Source of the DNA: Eledone cirrhosa
Taxonomy: Eukaryota
Assembly: GCA_964016885.1 (NCBI GenBank)
Contig: CAXHJY010001576.1
Span: forward strand, 62,001 to 126,000
Length of the DNA: 64,000 nt
Reading direction: 5' to 3'
Shown here: positions 57,560-64,000 of the stretch, piece after piece
How positions within the stretch are numbered: the stretch's first letter is position 1
Layout: each line of letters starts with the position of its first letter
Notes under the pieces: generated by a model
What the model was told of the DNA's origin: nothing
Seen by the model: only the letters and a program-made list of their open reading frames with translations
Databases searched by the model: none
Program-made: the position numbers and the translations under genes

Positions 57560-57957
57560 CACCACCACCACCACCACCACCACCACCACCACCACCACCA
57601 CCACCACTTTTACTATCATTCCCATTACCTCCACTATCCCATTACCACACCTACCGCCTACACATCCAACACACCTAATAACAGCACTATCACCATCATT
57701 AACATCACCAACAGCAGCATTGTCTTTACATAACTCGTCCATCACCACGACGACGACGACGACCACCAACACGAACGCCGCCGCCGCCGCCGCCACTACT
57801 ACCAACACCACCGCCAACACCACCACCGCCACCACCACCACCACCACCACCACCACCAAAAACAACAACAACGACAGCAGCACCAACACCAACACCACCA
57901 TCACCACCGACCACCGACAACCCGACCACCACCACCACAACCACTACCACAACCCCC

Positions 57958-57988
<31 letters not shown>

Positions 57989-59441
57989 CACCAGCACCAA
58001 CACCAACACCAATACCGCTACCACCCCCACTACCACCACCACCAACACCAGCACCAACACCAACACCAATACCGCTACCACCACCACCACCACCACCACC
58101 ACCACCACCACCAACAACACCACCCACACCCCCATCACCGACCACCACCATCCAACCACCACCACCACCACCAACAACAACAACAGCACCCACACCCCCA
58201 TCACCGACCACCACCATCCAACCACCACCACCACCACCAACAACAACAACAGCACCCACACCCCCATCACCGACCACCACCATCCAACCACCACCACCAC
58301 CACCACCACTACCACCACTACCAACACCAGCACTAACACCACCACACCAACAACAGCACCACAGCTATGTGGTCGTTAGATTTTCTAGACACAGCAGCCA
58401 AATGTCCCTTATATCATGCTACCGTCGCAAGGAAAAAGTACGTGGTATAATGTGATATTAGGTTCTCTTATATAAGAAACAACATGGATGCTCACGGCTG
58501 GAATGACTTTAGTTATAGGTTTGCTCAATTAGATATAGCTCAGGGTTAAACAACAAAAGTAACAACAACAAATATTTCAGCTGCGTTAAGTTCAGAAGCT
58601 GCTACCATCACCACCAACAACAACACTACCACCACCGCCACTGCCACCGCCACCACCAACAACAACAACAACATCAACAACACCACCACCATAAACATCA
58701 CCATCACCACCACCTCCACTAACCCCACCAACACCACTACCAACAACATCAACAACACCACCACCACAAACATCACCATCACCATCACCTCCACTAACAC
58801 CACCAACACCACCACCAACATCAACAACACCACCACCACAAACATCACCATCACCTCCACTAACACCACAAACATCACCATCACCACCACCAACATCAAC
58901 AACACCACCACCACAAACATCACCATCACCATCATCTCCATTAACACCACCAACAGACCAATACCATCACTACCATCACTATCACCACCACCACCACCAC
59001 CAACATCAACAACACCAGCACCACCACTACCACCACTATCACCACCACCAACACCATCACTACCGTCACCACCACTACCATCACCATCACCTCCATTAAC
59101 ACAACCAACAGACCAATACCACCACTACCACCACTATCACCACCACCAACACCACCACTACCATCACCATCATCTCCATTAACACCACCATCAGACCAAT
59201 ACCACCACCACCACCACCACCACCACCACCACTACCAACAACATTAACAACAAAAAGAGCAGCAGTAAGCACAAAAAAACCTTCCCTATTAACTCCACAA
59301 CCCTCCGCCACAATCACCACCACCCCCACTACTACAGACTCAAACAACAAAAACAACAATTAAAAATAACAGCAACAACAATCATCACTAATTTCACCGA
59401 CCACTACCGCTACCACCACCACCACCACCACCAACACCACC

Positions 59442-59472
<31 letters not shown>

Positions 59473-59480
59473 CCAATAAC
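57012..59480. repeat. Compound (ACT/GCT/ACC/AAC)n trinucleotide tracts, interrupted by an interspersed repeat at about 58365-58555
   Basis: Direct reading; the interruption resembles 9420-9518. Confidence 0.9.
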
Positions 59481-59651
59481 ACCACTGGTCTGTGTAGTTG
59501 ATTACTGTTGATTGTTGTTGTTGGTGCTGGTATTGGTAGTGGTAGTAATAGTGGTAAAAGCTATAGTAGTGATCTACTACAGCCTTTACCACTACCACTA
59601 CACTGTGGCGATGCAGTTAGCAGACAAAATGCCTTGTAATATTTAGTTAAT

Positions 59652-60032
59652 GGCGGTGGATTGGCAGTATCGTAGAGGGTCGGACGCCATGCTTTCCAGC
59701 ATAGTTACGTCCCTTTACGATCTGAGTTCAAATCCCGCCGAGGTTGACTTTGCTTTTCATCCTTACGGGGTCGATAAAATAAAGTACCAGTAATGAACTG
59801 GGTATTTGCTGGCCTTGTGCCTAAAGTAGAAACAAATATTTAGTTAATGGTGGTGGATTGGCAGTATCGGTAGAGGGTCGGACCCGATGCTTTGCAGCAT
59901 AGAGTCATGCCCCTTTACGGTCTGAGTTCAAATCCCACCGAGGTTAACTTTGCCTTTCATCCTTAAAATCGATAAAATAAATCACCAGTAATGCACTGGA
60001 ATAATTGGTGGTCTTGTGCCAAAAGTAAAAAC
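59652..60032 (+). mobile_element. Two head-to-tail SINE-A copies (59652-59834 and 59849-60032)
   Basis: AATATTTAGTTA(AT) present before, between and after the copies. Confidence 0.92.
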
Positions 60033-61189
60033 AATATTTAGTTATATCCCAATATTTTCAGATTTTATACCTCACCTATACGAATTCAGCTTGGAATCCT
60101 TTCGAAAATAATTAAAAACAAAGTAGCAACGAACTGGTTCTTCGTCTTTAATTATGGCATGGGCAGTGTGTCCCTTTTCTATTACTTCAAATACGGTTTT
60201 AGGAAGGGGAGGAGGGTAACTCCTATTTTCGGTTTACTGCAATAGGAAGCAGTTCATAAAAGTATCGGTATATCCACCAGACAGAAAACCCGCTCTGAAT
60301 TCTTGTAATACTCGTTTTCTTCCCTATTTTTAGAAGTCATGTATAAGCGATGATGACAGTGTCAAAAGAACATCGGATAGAACCCTTTGTGGTTCAAATA
60401 CTACCGAGGTCAATTTTGCCTTTCGTCATATCATTAAATACAATACTAACCAAGCACAAGAGCCAATTCCACCGATATACCCCCTTTCCATCCCCATTCT
60501 CTCTGGCAGTTTGTTCCTCCCTAATCTCGTTCTCTGGAAGAGATCGGCTATATTTAGAGCTGGAAGGGGAGGGGCACCACCAGGTTTAAATACCAAAGAG
60601 ATACGGCGCTGCCCTTACGACTCTATCATGAGTCAAGGGCTCAAGAATCAGTCATGAATGTTGATCCATTTGGTCGAATGCATTGCTCCTTCTGTTCCAT
60701 GTCTCTCAATAATTTGTAGCCTTTTAACAATTTGTAAATAAATAAAATAAAACTCGAAAAATAAACAAATCAATACAAAATCTCATTTTAAAGATCTAAT
60801 TAAATCAATTATACACGAACTAATTAAAACAATGGATCAGGAGGTAAATTGATGGTGAAGGAAGACTCTAATACAGGTTTTATTCTACAGCTGAAGCCTG
60901 TTAATTTCGCTCATGTTGCTAAACGTCATTGGTAAACTATTGAACCACACATATTTATTTCTTCTAATGTACTACAATAAATGTGTGACGTCATTGGATC
61001 AAGGTCATCATCCACCATTATTTTCCCTAGTCTCCTCCTCCTCCTCCTCCCCCTCCCCCTCCTCCTCCTCCTCCTCCTCCTCCTCCTCCTTTCTATTCTT
61101 ACATATCCACCCACAATGACACACACACCGCCATCTATGATCTTACACTTACAGAACTGCTGTTGTTAAGGATAGCAAGAATATCCTCC

Positions 61190-61252
61190 GCCACCACCAC
61201 CACCACCACCACCACCTCCAACAAAAACAACAACAACAACAACAGCAGTAGC

Positions 61253-61283
<31 letters not shown>

Positions 61284-61699
61284 GCAATATCATCAACAAC
61301 AACAACAACAGTTGCAACACCAACAACAATAACAACAACAACAACAACAACAACAGCAACAACAACAACAACAGCAACAGCAACAGCAGCAACAACAACA
61401 GCAACAACAACAGCTGCAACAACAACAACAGCTGCAACAACAACAACAGCAGCAGGAACATCAACAGCAACATCAACAGCAACAACAACAGCTGCAACAA
61501 CGACAACAACAGCAACAGCACCAACGGCAGCAGTAGCAACAACAACAGCTGCAACAACAACAGCAACAACTGCAACAACAACAACAACTGCAACAACAAC
61601 AACTGCAACAACAACACCAACAACAACAGCAACAGCACCAGCAACAACAACAACACCAACAACAACAACAACAGTAGCAACAACAACAGCAACAGCTGC

Positions 61700-61733
<34 letters not shown>

Positions 61734-61735
61734 GT

Positions 61736-61772
<37 letters not shown>

Positions 61773-61846
61773 GTAGCAACAACAACAGCAACAGCTGCAA
61801 CAACAACAACAACACCAACAACAACAACAATAGCAACAACAACAGC

Positions 61847-61901
<55 letters not shown>

Positions 61902-61927
61902 GTAGCAACAACAACAGCAACAGCTGC

Positions 61928-61998
<71 letters not shown>

Positions 61999-62640
61999 CG
62001 ACGACAACAACAACAGCACCAACAACAACAGCACCAACAACAGCAACAACAACACCAACAACAACAACAGCAACAGCACCAACAACAGCAACGTACTCCA
62101 TATAAATCTGAAGCCTTGTCTGTGTACGTAAGACACATTTGATGTTGTTTCTTGTATTTGTTTATATCTCTCAGTGGTGGTGGAAATGATTCAATTAGCT
62201 GTGATTGAAGGTTTGAGTGCCATACTCCTCCTACTCATCATCATCATCGACATCAAGGAGATGATGAAGATGAAGAAGAAGAAGAAGAAGAAGAAGAAGA
62301 AGAAGAAGAAGAAGAAGAAGAAGAAGAAGAGTTGAAAAGATGTAGAAGAAAAAGAAGAAGGTGAAGAATAAAAGGGGGTGGGGGAAGGGAGGAGGAGAAG
62401 AAGTAGAAGGAGAAGGAGAAGAAGGAGAAGAAGAAGGAGAAGAAGAAGAAGAATTGAAAAGATGTAGAAGAAAAAAGAAGAAAAGGAGGTGGGGGAAGGG
62501 AGGAGAAGAAGAAGAAGGAGAAGAAGGAGAAGAAGAAGGAGAAGAAGGAGAAGAAGAAGAAGAAGAAGAAGAAGAAGAAGAAGAAGAAGAAGGAGAATAA
62601 TAACAACAACAACAACAACAACAACAACAATAATAAGAAG
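61190..62640. repeat. (AAC/AGC)n at 61190-62092 and (GAA/GGA)n at 62260-62640
   Basis: Direct reading. Confidence 0.95.
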
Positions 62641-62789
62641 AGATGGTGGTTGTGAAGATGGAGAATAGCATGAAAAACAAGCAAATTTGATAAAGGGATA
62701 GAGAACGTGCGTTTTTTGTTTGTTTTTTTGTATTTGCATGTGAGTGTATGTATAGAAGGCAACACCAGAAAGATGAAAATGTAGTATAC

Positions 62790-62828
<39 letters not shown>

Positions 62829-63164
62829 GATGAAGTAGAATCACGTATGACAATATCATATTTTCCGAATATCAAATGCTATCTAACAATCTAGATTCTA
62901 CCAATTCCATACGTCAATGTCCACAGATATCTGACAAACCACAGATATATTTTCAATTAAGGACGGCAATATATTAAGTAATGCAATTAAAATCCAATAA
63001 GTGAACACATTTTCTCTTATATACACATATATATACACCAGGTCCAAACACAAAAGAACCAAAGTCCCACTGTCACCGCCTCCGTCTCTCCCGCTCTACT
63101 CATTTTTCACTATTGTGAGCAAATGGGGGTCAATTCACTGGACGCCCCCCCCCCCCCCCCCCTC

Positions 63165-63400
63165 TCCCCGGCAAAGGCGGACAGTGTAGATACGGCATTT
63201 CCGCTGAGGAAGGTGAGAGAGACATACTGGAAGAGCCATTCCAGCTCGCGAGGCTCACACTTGCGTGTAGCCAACTCTGTGTCGATGGTAGTGAGCAGGG
63301 GAGTGGCCCTAGTGTCAAGGACACCAGATTGATTGATTAGCAGAAACATGGATGTATGGATGGCTGGAGGTTGGATGACACTGCCACGGGCTCGACCACA
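63165..63400 (-). mobile_element. Probable CRE-type (RLE) non-LTR retrotransposon C-terminal remnant
   Basis: SGVLDTRATPLLTTIDTELATRKCEPRELEWLFQYVSLTFLSGNAVS resembles the CRE-like terminal motif (DPRE..FLFQRIS.A..RGNA.S). Confidence 0.55.
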
Positions 63401-63579
63401 AACAGTAACAACGACAATGACGACGGCAACAGTAATAGAAGAGCAATTACAACAACACAAAAAACAACAAGAGTTTCAACAAGAGAAATTTATCAAGAAC
63501 AACAGCTATAAGATATTTCTAAATTTATCTCAGGATCATAAGTGTATAAGAGACAATTGTAATCACACATACACCAGTA

Positions 63580-63748
63580 CCGTATTTCCCGGCGTCGAAG
63601 ACGCTACTTTTTCCCTAAAATATGTGTCAAAAATCTACTATGCATCCTGGAGGCCGAAGGTTGTTTATTATTCTTTTTTCAAAATTTTGGTTGTCAGAAT
63701 TAGGGTGCGTCTTCGAGGACGGAGTGTCTTCGGCAGCGGGAAATAAGG
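63580..63748. mobile_element. Tc1/mariner (pogo/Tigger-like) MITE
   Basis: TA|CCGTATTTCCCG...CGGGAAATAAGG|TA; inverted homolog of 10431-10598. Confidence 0.88.
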
Positions 63749-63913
63749 TAAATAGACATAAATAATGATATTCTTGAAGAAATTAGTGGACAGCTCCGGA
63801 GGAAGGGACTGTGTCCATGGCAATCAAATGTCTAGAAGAGAGGGTTTTGTTTATGTTCTTCATAGGCCTGGAGAAAGTTAATCAGGGCATGACATCGCAG
63901 GCCTTCAGTCATC

Positions 63914-63979
<66 letters not shown>

Positions 63980-64000
63980 TTATGTATATATATTTATATA

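Noticed and set aside
51925-58379. Long Thr-rich mucin-like ORFs (729 aa and 471 aa)
   Set aside because: Derived from tandem repeats; the reading pattern shifts between repeat phases, and the 471-aa ORF starts inside a SINE.
60130-60720. Possible LINE ORF1 remnant on the minus strand
   Set aside because: No intact CCHC or other diagnostic motif.
61135-62138. Poly-Asn/Leu/Val/Cys ORFs
   Set aside because: (AAC)n microsatellite open in most frames.

Overview
Eukaryotic, AT-rich DNA saturated with microsatellites and transposons. The SINE families and repeat style suggest an octopus or other coleoid cephalopod, but that is inference. I found no host protein-coding gene, rRNA, tRNA or CRISPR array; nearly all listed ORFs are translations of simple repeats. 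Recognisable elements: (1) a young non-autonomous LTR element at 3500-5613 with tRNA-Trp PBS, PPT and 4-bp TSD; (2) a 5'-truncated, frameshifted L1/Tx1 LINE at 30381-33244 and a second 3'-end copy, both embedded in (GATA)n; (3) an R4/Dong-type RLE LINE remnant in (AAT)n, split by a SINE; (4) a probable CRE-type remnant; (5) over 20 tRNA-derived SINE copies; (6) hAT and Tc1/mariner MITEs; (7) three non-autonomous Helitrons; (8) several minisatellites. The most striking signal is a set of short non-coding elements in (TA)n tracts that carry type-I minimal hammerhead ribozymes, with compensatory base changes between subfamilies. They are repeatedly arranged as fold-back palindromes, consistent with Penelope-like pLTRs or retrozymes. 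Each retroelement class appears to occupy a different microsatellite.
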